A program made the translations under genes and the position numbers. The notes under the pieces were generated by a model. That model searched no databases. It was not told where the DNA came from and was given only the letters and a program-made list of their open reading frames with translations. Below are positions 48,901-64,000 of a stretch of DNA of 64,000 nucleotides, one piece after another. The stretch covers positions 1-64,000 of the forward strand of contig KZ538261.1 in assembly GCA_000934665.2 (NCBI GenBank). The letters are read 5' to 3'. Every line of letters begins with the position of its first letter. Position 1 is the stretch's first letter. The DNA comes from Catajapyx aquilonaris (taxonomy: Eukaryota).

Positions 48901-51900
48901 AAGGCGAGCGTCCAGGAATTTTACGACCGGACATGCCTGAGAATTATAGGGCTTTGTTGACGGTGATTGGTGGAAAATAACCACAATGAACTGAACACAA
49001 CAACATTGAGTGGGCATGTGAAGCCAGTGTAGATGGCTCAGTTGTTAACTCGGGCAATTTACACAATTTTTTAAGTAATTTGTTAAAAAAATAGTCATTG
49101 TACTGCAACGTACTGTGCATGAAGGTTTCAAATAACATTTAGATGTGAATGTATCCTGCTAATTTCAAACGCAATTCAGCATCCATATTGCGCATTCCAC
49201 CAATCAGTACTATGCATTACGTATAGAAAAACTATAGTCACAAACGATGACGGTCTGCTGTTGTTTATGTGCTTTTAACGCTTGGTATTCATTGCGGCAC
49301 GTAAGCCTAACAGTGTAACGGCTAAAGGCAGCAGGTGCACATAATGTTGTCGACGTTATCCCAATATGGTATTGCATAATTGTGAAATTTGGCATGGGTA
49401 ATTAGCTATACATAGGCCCATGGAGGTGCCAATTTTTTTCACAAAGCCTCATTTAACCCATTGTCTGCCATGGCGTCAATACACGTCACGTGCCAATAAT
49501 CCTCGATCAGAAAAACACTGTTCATATGCAGGTTATTATCTGTAATCTGCCGGTAAGTTCTCTGTGATTAAATTCTATGTTGGCTTTTAGTGTGCGCAAC
49601 AAATGCGATCAAGCATTGAATAGCAGTACTTGAGAAACACCCAGGAAGATAATTCACCAGGCTCCGATTTCCACCAAGTGATACACATTCAGACAACTCC
49701 ACTTTTGAGCAAACATTTGGAATTCACAACAAAACCTTAGAGACATTCCAACGGAATGCGAACACTCGTGAAAGCAAATCTTCTCGCCTCAGAAACACTC
49801 TCTTCTTGCTCTGGTTTTCCCCTCCAGCATCGTCCTCTACAGTAACTGACAGCCGATGCCATTCGCACTAAAGCAATCCGGACAGGGACAAAGGGTAGTG
49901 AGCTGTTTAAGGCATTACCAGGCCCCCCGCAAATGTTCCCTTCTATGGTCTGCCCGTGTCCCCCATCGGAACTAATCAAATCAAAGATAGGGCCTACTAT
50001 TGTGAAGGAAGGCTTCGAAATGACTAGTGACACGAGCCATGGCCACTCGGGGATGTACCCGCATTGTGAAGGCTCAACACGACCTGGTTCGTCTTTCAAA
50101 CCACGCGGCCCAAATGGGAACACAGCGCTCCAAACGGACGAGTCCCAATAAAACCCATCGGTCAAAATGGCTGGCAAATTTTGAAGTCCTAATTAGTGCC
50201 CATAATGAGTACCATGGGGGGAAAAAAAGAAGAAATTAACCTACACACAGCCTCTATTTATACAAAAGGGGTGGATGCACATACGGGTTTGGGTCACGTA
50301 GGAAAACTGGCCCCCCGATTTGACCCCGGGCCAGCTCGGCTGTAGTGTGCGGGCCTGCACATAGGCCATTTTCATCAGCTTCAAATGAGCAAGCTGACTC
50401 CTCCCCATCAAATACCCATCAAGGGGCAGGCTGGGGGGAGGAAGGGAAGGGTGCGTGGGATGGGTTGGAAGCCCAGGCCTGTTGTATGAAACTCTCGCTG
50501 CCAAATCACCGGAGAGACTCGGGGGGGATCTCGCCTCCCATGGGCACAACCCCCAATGATCTACGGTCCGGGTACGTGTGGAAATTCGGGCTATCGTCAG
50601 GGGCCAAGGCATCGGCACACTCTGGAGCCTTGGGTCACCCCTCCCAAAAGTCATTTTCGAAATATCGAGGGAAATCGGCCACGAGCATAATTAATCTCCA
50701 TTGGCAGGACCTGCTTTATCAACACTAAAGTATGAAAAATCACCGATTATGTTCAGATTTACTGGAAGCATTTCGGACGGTTTATCACAAGAATGTAATC
50801 TACATTTTTGTAGATTGGATTTGGATTTTTTTTTTGCTCTTAAACTTGTCGTGTCAGCACTTTTTTCCTGTGCTTGTTTTGGGGGTTACTGCACAGCTTC
50901 TCCCTCATGGAGTGGGATTCTCCAGACCACTTTTCCAGCCTATAGGAAACAATTTTCCCGATTAGAGAGATTGGAAAGCCCGCTGTCCATGAGGCCAGCC
51001 AAAAAACTATGGGGAAGGGGAACCGCTGCTCAATCCTCCCTAGAGAGACTAAAATTCAGCAGCCAAGTGACAAACGTCAGAGCTCACAAAATGAGGAGAC
51101 AATGGGAAGGCAGGGAGGGTGTTCGGCAAAACGAAGAGAAGATTGGTAGAATGGAGGAGAGTAAAAAAGAGAGAGCAAGAGCTAGGGGAGACGAAAATCG
51201 AATAAAGGAAAAGAAGTAGGGTGCAACATAGGCTGGGAGGTGTGCTGCAGGGTGGGGGACAAAAAAAAGGAAGAAGGAAGAGAATGGCATGACCATCTGA
51301 CGCTGTACGAGTGGCAAAGTTAGAAGACAGATTCAACTGCTTCATCGAATGAAACGAGTTTCCCGTTTCGGGACGGTCGTTCGCAGGGTGTTCTCATGTA
51401 AATGACCGCGATAACAGAAGCGCTATAGAAAACACGCTTCCCCATGTCGGGCTCCTATATACTTGGTGGAAGGTTGGAAATAGTTTCTTTGCCTTATTCG
51501 CAATCACCTGCTGCTTGGAATATAAAAAAAACTCTGAACATATCCACAATGCTGTTACTATACTGAACCGATAATGGCCCATGTCAATGGGATACATTCC
51601 CTGCTGCCTGCGTCAATGTCTCCAATATTGGCAATTTTAGGAGGACATCAAGGGAGAAAAGTGCAGGCGCCTTGGGGGGGCGAAGGGAGATTTATCACGG
51701 GATTGATAAGCCGTTGATTAAGTTCGGAGCATCTGTTGCTACATGACACGTCTCGGCACTTTGTCGGAGGGTCATGCACCATTTTTTTTGCGTGTGTCAC
51801 CAAAAGTCGCGGGGGTTTCGATCACGTACCTTTTCCTTTGCCCGCAGATCTGACCAACAACATGGGCGGCAGCACGAGAACCAACAGCACGAAGGACGTC

Positions 51901-54900
51901 CAAGTCGAGTAGTTGGTCATCTGGTCTGGGGAAGATCAATAGAACAATATGTTACCACATATATACATACACACAGCAGTACATGTAGAGCATTAGGGGC
52001 AATACTGTACAGAGACTTTCTTACAGATTACTTTCTAAAGTTGATGTAAAGGTAGGATGGGGTTTCCAATTGTTTCTACAGCACGTCTTTCCCTAAAAAT
52101 TAGTGTAAGATCATATCAATTATGCACCAGATTCTTCAGTAGACTGGAAAGCACAACCCTTCTCAATCAGTTTATTTCCAATACCCTGTACAACTACTGT
52201 AGTAACTATCGAGTCATATTTTAGCAAATGTTAAAATCCGTACATGGTTGATTAATCTATAGAACAGGACAGTCTGAAATCAATAGCTCACTTCATAATT
52301 GCCCTGCAAATTAATGGCAGCATTACACTAAACTAACCAATCCCCACACCTCCCCCGTCAAAAACTAGTAATTAAAATTAAGGCCTACAGAATAGCAATA
52401 AAATTTTTATAGTCGACGCGAACAAATTGGAACCCACAACCTCATCCTACGATTTCCCCACCAATAGACTATAAACGTCCAGGTTATTTTGTCTATCCAA
52501 CATCATAATGTCAATTTCTCCTCATGTTTCCGGATTATAATTACGTTCATGACCGCCGCCGGTCATATCGACGAACATGTCACAGGTTGTACCACGTGTA
52601 TGTAACAAACGCACGTATAAAACCAGCGGCGCTGAAAAGTGTGGAGATTGTAATGACATTACACTTGAATGACGAGTTCGTTGCAATTAACCGGCGGGGG
52701 ATAGAATTGAACAGGGAGTGAAAATTACGCGGGCGGATTTCCGGCAAGTTGACAGTCGAACAGATACCACAACCCGTTCAAATAGTTGGTTCGTTAGAAT
52801 ATTTTCACACAGTTGGGTTTTAGAGAGTGGCCAAAAGCGCTAGATACCCTCAGCACACACGTTTCAAACCCCAGTGTTTTTTTTCTCTTTTTTTGCGTGT
52901 GTGCTGCTTCTCTAATTAAAAATTGAATTTCTACCTCTCCGGAGAGGAATCCAATCCCGGGGTGAAAAGACTTCCCCATGAATAGTTCAGGTTGATCAAT
53001 TGGGTAGGTCCCCCTGAAGCCAAGTCTGAATCGGAACGCAGATAGAACTCGTGTTGTGGCGGACCAAACGTCGGTGCCCGGGTCCATTTTGATCCTCGGT
53101 TTTGTACCCGGTTTTTTCGTGGGGTGAATTTTTTTTTATACCTAATGGACTATGCTGGCATTTCAAGCGAGTGAGGCAAAACATAATTCGTAACAGCTTA
53201 GTGTAGAAGAATTTAATACTCTAAGTGGCATGTGTAATTACCGTACTTTTTATGCAGGATTCTCATCTGGTTTTTAAGCCAAATTGTACAAAAAAATATA
53301 TGCTAGGTATTTACTTGAACCAGGTAAGCCATTTTCCATTTTATGGATAATTCACTCCCGTTTCATAAGCTCCATTTGGATGTGCGCATATTCCGTGATG
53401 AGAATGGTACTGCATTACATGCCATTAATTTATTCCCTCTTGATTACAGCTTTTCACATTTTATAAACACGCACTGTATTAAAGTAGAGCATCATTCATT
53501 TTTGTAATCATTAATATCCATCTATTAATACTGTATAATGATGCTTCGGCATTTTGAGAGAGAGTTTCAGTTCAATTTAAAACATGCACATGCTTTGCAA
53601 ACTCGCAGCATACTTGCAACGAGTTGAATTCTGTACAGTATTCCGTTTCTACACTGGCCCATGAACAATAGACCAGTGCATAACCAGAACGCCACACTCT
53701 ACAGTACGTAACATTAAAGGGCCTGGGGAAAGAGTCACATTCCATATTCGCACATAATGGAGAACCCTTCTCCGCCGAAACAATGTATAGTTTTTCTCAC
53801 TGTACAACAGCATCAATACTTAAGGACCACAGTAGTTAAGCGCACTTTGACGCATTGTTTCGCTATATCATTACTCAATATTAATTACCGCTCAATTACA
53901 TGTGTGTTATTTTTTTTGTTTACTACCAGTGGAGAGTTCTTCGTGTGTTTTAGGCTACATTTTAGCATGGATCCCACAGCCAACCACTCATTCAACAATG
54001 TCCAACACCATCCGATGTGACAGGTGGCGATATTTAAGGGGTCGAAAGCAATAAAACAACGCTGTGCCAGCAGTTGATCCGTCCTGGAAACATCCAAGCA
54101 ACAGCTCCACTGTGCTGAAGCTTCAAAAACAAACTTTGGCGCCACAATTATAGGAAGAAGTTGCTTTTCACCAGGGTTCCATTTCCGAAAGCACATTCCT
54201 CAAGCGCCATTCGACTCATCCCTACCCCCTACCCCCCCCCCCTTCCAAATAACAACTTGCGAAAACCCTGAGGTGCCCTACCCACCCCCCCTACACGAAA
54301 CAACTTGTCCAATAATTCGAGAAAGGGAGAGGATGGCAAGCATGGAAGAGCTTTTCCAATCCACTCATTCCTAAACCCTCTTCGTAGCCAACTAAATTCT
54401 CACACCCACCACCCTCATTTTCCAGATAACTTTCACGTCATGCCTTTTCAAAAAGCTCCAGCACTAGAGAGGAGGGATTCCCATACTTTTTTTCCCCCTT
54501 CTCTTTTTTGAAGGGATCCATGGAGAGAGAAGCCCTATCCAGAAAATCCGGGGGAACAGTATGCAAAAAAAAACTCTCTCTACCAACTTTCCGAATGGAG
54601 GTGCATCCAAAGAGCCAGAAAATATCCTCAGTGCTTCTCTCTCACGCTGTGGGTGTAAGGGACGGCCAAAAAGCAAGCTCTGGACCCATTATGACCAGCC
54701 CTGGAAGGTCTTCCGTCCAGGGGAAATGGAAGTGCATTTCCTTCATAAAAGGGAGGGTCAGGCCCCGGTGGAGAGATGGCGGCCGGCAGGAAATTACATC
54801 AATGCTACCGGATTAATGTCTGCCAGTGCATGCCCTCGGAGAGAGGGGGGTATAAAAAAATGTGTGAGTGAGCAGGGGGTGGAAATGTAATTTGAGTAGT

Positions 54901-57900
54901 GAATGGTCATTGTTTGCTTCGTCGGGCACGTGAAACCTTTTTGTTAGCAGTCTGGTAGAGTGAAAGTCTCACCCCGGAGGGGTACATTAATACGGTGATT
55001 TTTGACTCCCAGTGTGCTGTTTAAAATGTAGCTGTTATTAACATTTTAAGGATTGGCTGCTTGCTAAAAAAGACTGCATTTAGCCGCCTGAAAATAATGG
55101 AAGAGATTTTACAAGTTCACATAATGCAAGAGCGCAGTTAAGTAGAGTTCACAAGTGTTCAGCCCTCCTGGAATTAAAACCGCCTGCAAATTCCTCCAAT
55201 GTAATGAAGCTCAATATCCCGCATTCCTTCCTAAGCGGATTTCAGGGCTCTGTATAAAATTACTGTATAAATATTTCATACTTTAAATCAGCCTCCCTGA
55301 ATATATTTTTTTTGTTGCATCCAATTCCTTCCCACACCCCACCAAAAGCGCTTCAGAGTCAGGAACTCTGGCTTTAATTAGTCGACTTTCAATGTCTCGC
55401 CAGCAACATCTAGACAAGATCCTTTTGCATAGAGCTAGAGAATCTGCTGGTAGAGGGAGAGAGAGAGCAGCGACCTGGATAAGTCCCAAGCGGTCGTTAG
55501 GGCAAGTTTCCAGCAAGTCTTTCTCGCCCTTAAGTTGCAGGCATGTGCACCAAAGGAGGAGCAATGGGCGACGACCAGCAGCGACGTGGATGAATTGCAA
55601 ATTACCACCTCACATCTACAATGGAGACAAGCCTGGATCTTCTCCCCTTTCCCCGAGGATAATTATTCCTCTCCAGCAGTACTGTTACACCCTAGAGAGA
55701 GAAAGGCACATGCAATTTTTTTCTGCACATTTTTTTTGCAGAGTAAAATGTATGAGGTGCGAATAGAAGTTATCGTTGCTCATGCAAAAGGGGCTCTCTC
55801 AGGACGCTTAAATTAATATTCTAATGCGTTCCTTTATTTCCGGCGGGGACTAATTTGGTATGTAATCCGGTGGAATGAATGCTCTTACGCCCGTTTCCTT
55901 TATTTCCGGGTCCCAGTGTATGTAGAAGCCCCCCTCCCCCTTCTGTCTGTTACTCATTTAGAGAGCAGGTCATTATTGCATCGTCGCAGGAAATTGTGAG
56001 GTTGGAGAACAGACGTGCTTTTATTCCGGGCATGAATATGGCTTTTCAGTTGATTTTTTAGGGCGCACCTGAAATTGGGAGGGTACGCTGCAAGAACGTG
56101 ACTTTATTATCTCGGAACAGTCAATATTTAATCCTGCGAAGCTCAAAGGTGAGGTACACATGAAATCGAAAATTGAGGGCTGTTCACACTGTAGCTCGTT
56201 ATGCATGTTTTTTTGGGGAAAGCAAATGTGCTTGTTCTAAGGTAATTTTGATAAAAATTACTTTTTGCAAATTTTTGGACCACTTAGTAATTTTTTCTTC
56301 CACATACAGTGTCTACAGAATAACTTCTCAAAAAGTAGGAGGCGACCTCTAGACACCCTAAGCGATCTGATTGGTGGAACAGAGGTCCCCTGGCCACGCT
56401 TAGGGACTGGTGGGTACAGTGCGGTCCATAAGAAACCCTCTTTTGAAGTCGGAAGATTTAGGACATGCCATTTTTTTGGAGGAGTTAGGTTGTTGGTAGT
56501 ATAATATGTAGCAGAATTTTCTTCTCAGCAGATCAGCCTAAAGCAAAGTCGACATTATATAAGAGGCACAAGTTGCTTCCAGTATAAGAAAGGCGATGGC
56601 GAGACAAGTGCCCCCTGAAGAACCCACAGCTCCTTCCTAGCTGGTGCCCCATAAACGTCCAATTCGGCCAATTTACAGCCACCTTATCTGAGTCCCCGCC
56701 GCAATGTGCATGGAGAATCCGTGAGCGCTATAACTAAACAATTAGCGGATTAGATTAAGGGAAAGGAGCCGGGGTGGGGGAGCCTCAAAGCTTCATGAGG
56801 ATGGTCGGGCATGTGATACCGATTATGCGAGAGATAATTACATCACCTGCCTCAGGTAAAGTGCGCCGTCTGTTATATACATGCGGGTTAAAGGAGGGAA
56901 CCTCCGAGCCTCATGGAGTGCTGCTGTTGCTGGCTAACCCCCATGTCCGCATCCCTTTCAATTAGCCTGTTGCTCTTCAGCCAGCTACTAGGTTTATAAA
57001 CGGGGCATAATTAAGGGAAGCTCAAATTTGGCGACGGAATTTTCGCAATGCAAACTAGCTACAAAAATGGTCTTAGCCCGTAATTAATTGCGGAGTAGCA
57101 ACTTACATCTCAGGTTCATGTCCATGCCATTTGGCTCAGAATCAGCAATATTTTCCATCTTCGCTTTGTTTCATCCTGGCATGATGCTACCCAACGAACA
57201 CGCTTTTCATTTCGCAAACGGTCATAAAGCATGAAAATGCTAACGGTTTAAGTTATAGTGTGTGTCAAGCGGTACGTCAAAACGGCGACAAAACTCTCAA
57301 ATACGTGACACCAATGAGAGGGTCACTGCTCACGGTATATGATACGTATATACCAGAGTCGTTCTCGGGAAGTTTGCCTTAGTAAACCGCCACGTTTGAA
57401 TGACTGATGACCGGCATTATAATTATTATAGGATGGCGTGCGAAACGCACGACGTCAATGACTTATGAGCTTTTGGCATGAGCTATCCTTAACTCACTCG
57501 AGGGATTGTGGCTTGGACGCTTTCAGTTCGTGAAACTTATTACTGTCAACGAAACGCATACAATAAAAAAAAATCAAGGTTGTAAGAGACAAACACTACA
57601 TAGACTTGATTCTGCATTCTATTTGCAAACTTTTCCTTCGAACGAAAAATCGGACCTGTGCCAAACGGACCGATTCGCGATTTTTTTTTCTCTCTCTCTC
57701 TCTTCTCCGAGGTCAGCAACTCTCGCCCAATTGCAATGTTCGGACCAACTTTCGCAAACACAGACGTCTTGGGAGTCCCCAACATTCCGAATATTTTTCG
57801 ATCGCTTGTTAGGACCCCCCCGAGCAGCGACAGTTTGTGCAAAAAAAAAAAAAAACTGGGGGTTCAAAGTACGTTGCTCCAAAAGGGGACGTCCAATTAA

Positions 57901-60900
57901 GGCGCTTGGGACCGGCCACAGCGTTTTTGATTGGCAGGTGCCAAGTTTTTTTTTTTTTTCCTTTTGCATTTCAGGGACCGTCTTGCGAGGCGAGAAAAGC
58001 AATGTTGCAAGAAGACAGTGTTGACACCACTCGTGCTAAACGATATGTAGTTAGGCGTCTGAGTTTGACTTTGACGGAGTTGGGTCAACTGAAACATGCT
58101 GTGTGGAAGGAAAGGTGTTGACTGCTGACTTGCAAATGCCTACAATTTTATTATTTTGGACAATTTCATATAAATTTTTGAATACACATGCAATATTATA
58201 TCCGTAATGTATACTCACTCTATTTTCGTTGAATATTTAGTAAGTAGACTTCATGTACACTGTAGATTGTACGTATGTAACTGTAGACTTCGCTGAAAAT
58301 ATTCAATTATTCCCTAAGCAGTTCAAAGGCAACATATTAACTCGTTTAGTATCCTTGACGTTATTCATAGCCTGTGCTCCCGCCACGGTTACCCCCAGTC
58401 ATGTATTAATGTACTCCAGGGTCTATGACCCTACCATTAAATTATCTGTCAGTTCGATGTAATGTATAGCCGCAAAACTGGGAATAGAGCAAATGCCAAG
58501 GCAACTCTTCGAATCGAGCTCCAATATAATGTACGCTGCGACTCATGACATTTTGTACTGTATAAGGCACTCGCAATGTGACATCTTAGCTTTGCAATTA
58601 CCGGCTTGTTACTCATGTGTAATCCGTTTAGCGAGCGTATCATTTTGGAGGTTTAATGTTTACATGTGGGTGGTGCAAAATATACTTTCATTTGCAGTCG
58701 CTTCCAGGGTGAAACTCGTTTGCATAGAAACCGTCACACCATATAATTACCTCTATTTTAGGCGGACGAGTGACGCATTCTCTGCAATCAATAATGCAGC
58801 AGTACAGTGGCACTAATCACAATGATGCTGACATTTTCAAAAAAAAAATGTTCCTTCGACATGCACTGCCACAATCGAGATCAACTCTGCACTGTCAAAT
58901 TCGTGCCTGTTGAAGCATGTCAAAAAAATGTTTCGGACAGGACTCGAACAACTTTTCTCCAATTATGTTGGTTATGCATTGCCATTGTCCGAAACATTGG
59001 CATTATGCAAATGAGGCCCCACCTATACTGAATGTCCCCTTGGTAGGTACCAGATTGGAAGAGCTTTTCACAACAAACGAATTCGTCATGTCGCACCATG
59101 CCCGTGGGTGACAATTTATGGTGCGCAGCATCAGTCAGGCATCGTGATACGCGTGTAAGCTGGGCCCGATCGTGTCAGCATCCATACAAAATACGTCGTT
59201 ATCCACATAAATCACGATCCACCATCCGCCAATACAAAGTCACGCAAAATACCACCATTTGCAAGCAGCACTTTCATCCCTCCATATATTTTTTTGTCCA
59301 GCTTCCAGCCTGGATGCGGCGCTTTATATTTCTCCAGTTGTCCGGGGATAGTGTCCGGATTATTTGCCAGTTCCAGTGCCGAGCTCCACAAGCATAACAA
59401 ACTCGATATGAAAAGCAGGCTTTTTTTTATTTAAAAAAAACGACCATAAAGCGAGGCCATGCCCGTGCAGAAATCGAACTGTCAGGCATTGGGGGCAAAA
59501 GGTCACAGGTGAAGTATCACGTGTTGTGAGCACAAGAGTTGACATCCGTTCCCATGGAGCAAAAAAAACTTCAAAACAAACCGCCTGGTACTGAAAATTC
59601 AAAAGCCTAAAAATGGTGGGACGTTAGCTTCTGATTGGCTCAGATCACGACCGGTCCTCCAATTAAACCGTGGACCATTCCAGGCAGGTACATCCCCGAA
59701 ATTGTGGTGCTTATGTGAGGCACGGAGCACATTTTGGAAATTGGGTGCCCATTGGTCCCCCACAGCAAAAGCTCACACGTTGACATGCCGGACGGTTTCG
59801 TATGTAAACAGTCCCACTTTTAGCCTAATTGGAGCGAAAAAGGGTCAAGGTAACACCTGGCCTTACACCTTGTGGCTTAAAAAGGGCAGAGATTTAAATG
59901 TAACTATCTTTTGAGGACTACCCTACCTGTGTACAAACGAGAATAATTATTTTCCAGCAAAGCCAGCTCGAGGCTAACCGGTATAAAGTTAGCGTAACTG
60001 TTGCTTCATGGAGAACATTTTTACAGGAGAGGTTCTCTAAATACCAACATATTCAGCACTCCATGCAAGTTAGAGAGCAATCAGAATAGGGTACAGGGAC
60101 CGGTTGAAAGAGATGGAAAAATCGATGGGTGCACAGGACACTACGAGGTTTCCTGGCCGGTCCATTTGGAAAGGGATGAACACCATTGGTGCTGACATGC
60201 TCCAATGTTGAAAAGGGTTTTTACGACATATTTTTGGGAGGGAAAAATTGCGGCTGGATAAAAAAAGGACCCGATACAAAAAAAATATAATCTCATCAAT
60301 TGCTATTTTGTAAACAGTGTAAAAGCATCTGTCCACGAATATTAAGCGGAAGCCGTTTTTGCATATACGTTAATTTTTTTTGCTCCATCATCGTAATTTC
60401 ATAGCGAGTAATAATTTTATGCGCGATGGGCTCAATCCTATTTTAATATGATTTGTTCCACACCATTAAGCTGAAATTTCACTCTCCATTTTCTAATATT
60501 CTGCTTCGGATTATCAATCCTTTTTTGGGGGGAAACATTGTTCAGACTATGGCCTACTTGATATTTCGGACATTGTGATTGAACGTTCAATTGCAGGTGT
60601 GAGTAAAATTTTCGAACTTAGCTGGAGGCTTCAGAGAGAGAAAAAATTAACGATTTATGATGCTCCATAACTTCACTGGACTTAAATGTCATGAGATAAA
60701 TACTCAGCCAGGCAGAGTTTGGATGGAAAAATAATGCTCAGACGAACACCTTGACACAATATTTCCAGGACATCTCCAGTAAGTACAAAATAAAAAGCCA
60801 TGACACTTCCGTCCCACCGCATCAAAACAATCCTCTCCACTAATAATGCACACTTCAGTCATTTACTTCAATTCCAGCCAGCATCTTCATTCCATTAGGA

Positions 60901-62512
60901 AAGCTCTGATGGAATAACCTCCTGAGTAGTTGAAGAAAGTTACCATTGTCAAGGGAAATAGCTTGTGGCTGAGAATTTTCTTACGACGTCGTATCCCAAC
61001 CACTAAAACATCCATTCTCGCCTCCATTACGCTTGGCATTACTCGACTCAGCACAGGTCGACCTCCCCAAAAACACAAACCCAGCCCATTAACCCCCATG
61101 AATTGAAGCCTACCCCAAGATAATACCTCATGCCCATTTTTTTAAAAGGAATGCGGGTCTTAAGCAGCAGGGCTTTCGGAACAAAACTTTGGGGACGCTC
61201 GGAGGTGTGTGTGTGTATGTATCGACCCGACGCCTGCAGATGCACTTTGTCCCCCTGCATGGTACCCAGCAACACTGTTTACTACGACGTTGCAAGGTAT
61301 AATCAGCTTGATGCAGGTATTTAAAGAGTATATTTTATGCCTCCAGGACCATTTTGTGGCTCAACTCACTCCCAGTGCCCTGGTAAACAGAGTGTGTTTG
61401 TGCCAAGCGGTTTCTATATAATATGCACTTTGTCTTATGTCTAAGCCTAGAGTGTGTGTATACAGGGTGGTGCACTCCCAAGTAGTCCGAATATAATAGT
61501 TCACTCCAAGGAGAGGGAGTGTTTCTTTCTATTGTAAATGAGCCTTTGCTTTGTTGGATGTTTTAGACACACACAAAACGAGTAGGTTCTACTTTACCGT
61601 ATCTTGTGACCTTGTGACAGTTTATCCTGGAAGTACGCTAACCTATGCGCTTCTCTTGTGCACCCAATTGCCTCTCTTACAGGGGCAAAGCGGAGCAGGG
61701 AACTTTAAAGTTTCTTAAAGTATGGATCTTAATAATTTATCATATCGACATGATGCAACGCACTGTAAGGAATTCAAAATTTCGCAGTGTTTGCGCTATA
61801 TGTAAAATGCAAAGTTACAGTGTCGCTCATTGTCTGCGGCTCACTTTGGGCATTTCTAATTATTCATAGACGGCACTACAGTAACTCTTTGGAACAACAT
61901 TATGGTTTAGTGAATATTATTATAAATTGACGACCATTATTCATGTCCAATTATTTCATGTACTGAATCAACCAAGGTGGTTAATATTATTTTAACGAGG
62001 CAAACTTCACACAGAGGGCAAAAATTTCAGCCACACGTCCGTCGGGTCCTCATTTGTACATTTGCACAAACGTGCGCCGCTCGGACGTTCAACTCACACG
62101 CTTGACTAGCATCCGAATAAACGATACCGTGCAACATACTACAACCCAATTAATGCAATATTTAATTGCACACGATTCTTTTCGTCCTCACTAACCGTGA
62201 AACCTAGCTTTACATTAGCCAGCATCCATTTTTGATCATACCACATCGATTTCCCGTCCCTCTAGAAAATGGCCTTTCACGCCATGCATAAAACAATTTT
62301 TTTTAACCACCGTTAACAATCAACAAAGGCAGCAGTTACAACAAATCAAGTTTAAACTCTCCCCAACCCCCGTTTTATTCTGGCATACTTACTATCAGGA
62401 GCCTTTAATAAATTCCATTCCCAGTGTCAACACAATGCAGGTCGGTGTCAAGTATACATGTCAAGTCAGATCTAGTTTGTCGGCTCCGGCAACGCCGCCC
62501 CCCCCCCCCCCC

Positions 62513-62521
62513 NNNNNNNNN
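62513..62521. other. Assembly gap inside a poly-C run
   Basis: N run. Confidence 0.99.
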
Positions 62522-64000
62522 CCCCCCCCCCGAGTTGAGAACGACTCTGACCTGTCGCGTGGGGCGAAGTGAAATGGTCAACAAGGGAGCCCAGGAAATA
62601 GCTGCACGGGTGTTATTACGTCCCCCTGCATGCGACGACATATGCGCCTCTGAAAAACTACACAGCTCACCTTTTTTTTTTGCGCTCCAACTCTCTGGTG
62701 TGCATCCGCTTACTGCAGGGAGATGCATGTATATGTGATGCGAGTGGGAGGCAATCCCAGCTGAAATACTAGCCCCTCCAAAAATATTATGAAAAATAAG
62801 CACGACTAATTCCACACCATTTCGTTCTTAATTCCCTGCGTTTTACATGGCTAACCCGGGAGCCGCATTCGAGGGTACCATCTGCACAGAGCTTGGTTAC
62901 TCGATTCGGCTCAAATTAAACGCAACACTGCAGCACTTGGAGGAATCGCAGTTTGTGACTGAATTGAATATTTTTCTGGCAGTCCACAGGGTGTTTCGAA
63001 AGATAGCTGTATTTCGGTCAGGTTGTGGCAACATGGCTTCCCGCCATTTCAAGCCAAGAACAACCCTTGCGAATTTTCCCAGAAAGATCGAGTTTATCTA
63101 ATCGATGGTAACAGGATCAAGCAAGTTGGCACACAAAAGAGGGCTGGTGTGTTTAAGAAAAACTGGGGAGAGAAGAACAAACGGCAGGGTTTGAAAGGCA
63201 AGTCCTATAGTTCCAATGTTGGAAGTAATGTTGAAAGCAGTCAACATTTTTTCCCCCCTCAATCTGGCTTTGTAGATCGTACCGCTAAGTGGTTAGCGAT
63301 GAGGCACAATGCGAAAAGAACTGGCCTCGATGCAAAAAGGGGGGACATTAATTCCGCATTAGTGGTCACAGGGTATGTGATAGATCTCCCTCCAAAAAAT
63401 ACGGGCAAATTTCGATACCCGCCACAACATAGCACGGCTATGCACACTCGGAAAAAGAATCTGAGTTTGTGCTCAGAGGAGCATGAACTGTGTAATCAGT
63501 GCAGGGCCAGATCGTGAAATAAAATTGGGCCATTGAGACGAAACGGGGCCTCATTAATTTACTCCCCCCTGTGATTTTAAACTTCCCAAGGCCCGTCCTC
63601 ACTCTGCAAAAAAAAAATTAGCAAAACGAGGGGTGAGAGTGGGTGCCTGGAATTTGCGGAATCTAACCTATCCGGTGTACATGAAAGAATGGTGGTGATC
63701 GCAAGGATGACTGTGTGTAATGCAAACGATTTTCCGCAGCAGTTGGTGACACGCGTGACTGAATGATTAGCCAAATTATAATTTCTGAAATAGAATGTTA
63801 TACCGTATACCTGCACAAACAAAATTTGCAATTTATAGAATCGTTGTATTGGTTTAATATCAGTTTTGCAGCTGGGCGATGCAGCGTGAACCCCTGGAGT
63901 AATAATTTTAGAGCTTTCAACAACGTTAAGTCTCTCCTGTCAGTTGGTGAAATGAATATATACGAGCTAGATAATGAAGCAAAAACTCCAACATACTGCA

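Noticed and set aside
51831..51912. Strong acceptor (ttttcctttgcccgcag) followed by a 16-codon ATG ORF
   Set aside because: Too short, with no partner exons or homology visible; cannot be supported without RNA data.

Overview
Eukaryotic (spliceosomal GT-AG introns; probably invertebrate, arthropod-like) genomic DNA. Positions ~0.9-26 kb hold a head-to-tail array of five + strand DEG/ENaC (pickpocket-like, amiloride-sensitive sodium channel family) genes. I spliced each by hand into 10 coding exons with conserved intron positions and phases, giving open frames of 553-558 aa with the pre-TM1 HG motif, the FPxxTxCN motif, a Cys-rich thumb and a TM2 GFS filter. The array records its own history: copy 4 looks like an unequal-crossover chimera (5' part like copy 5, 3' part like copy 3), copies 3 and 5 show signs of exon-level gene conversion, copy 2 needs a GC donor, copy 1 has a duplicated splice acceptor and TE-swollen introns, and copy 4 carries a solo LTR in its 3' UTR. 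Positions ~26-64 kb contain no coding sequence I can support, only small repeats, palindromes, TE remnants and three assembly gaps. The gene family is well known; any novelty lies in this lineage-specific expansion and its rearrangements, not in a new protein class.
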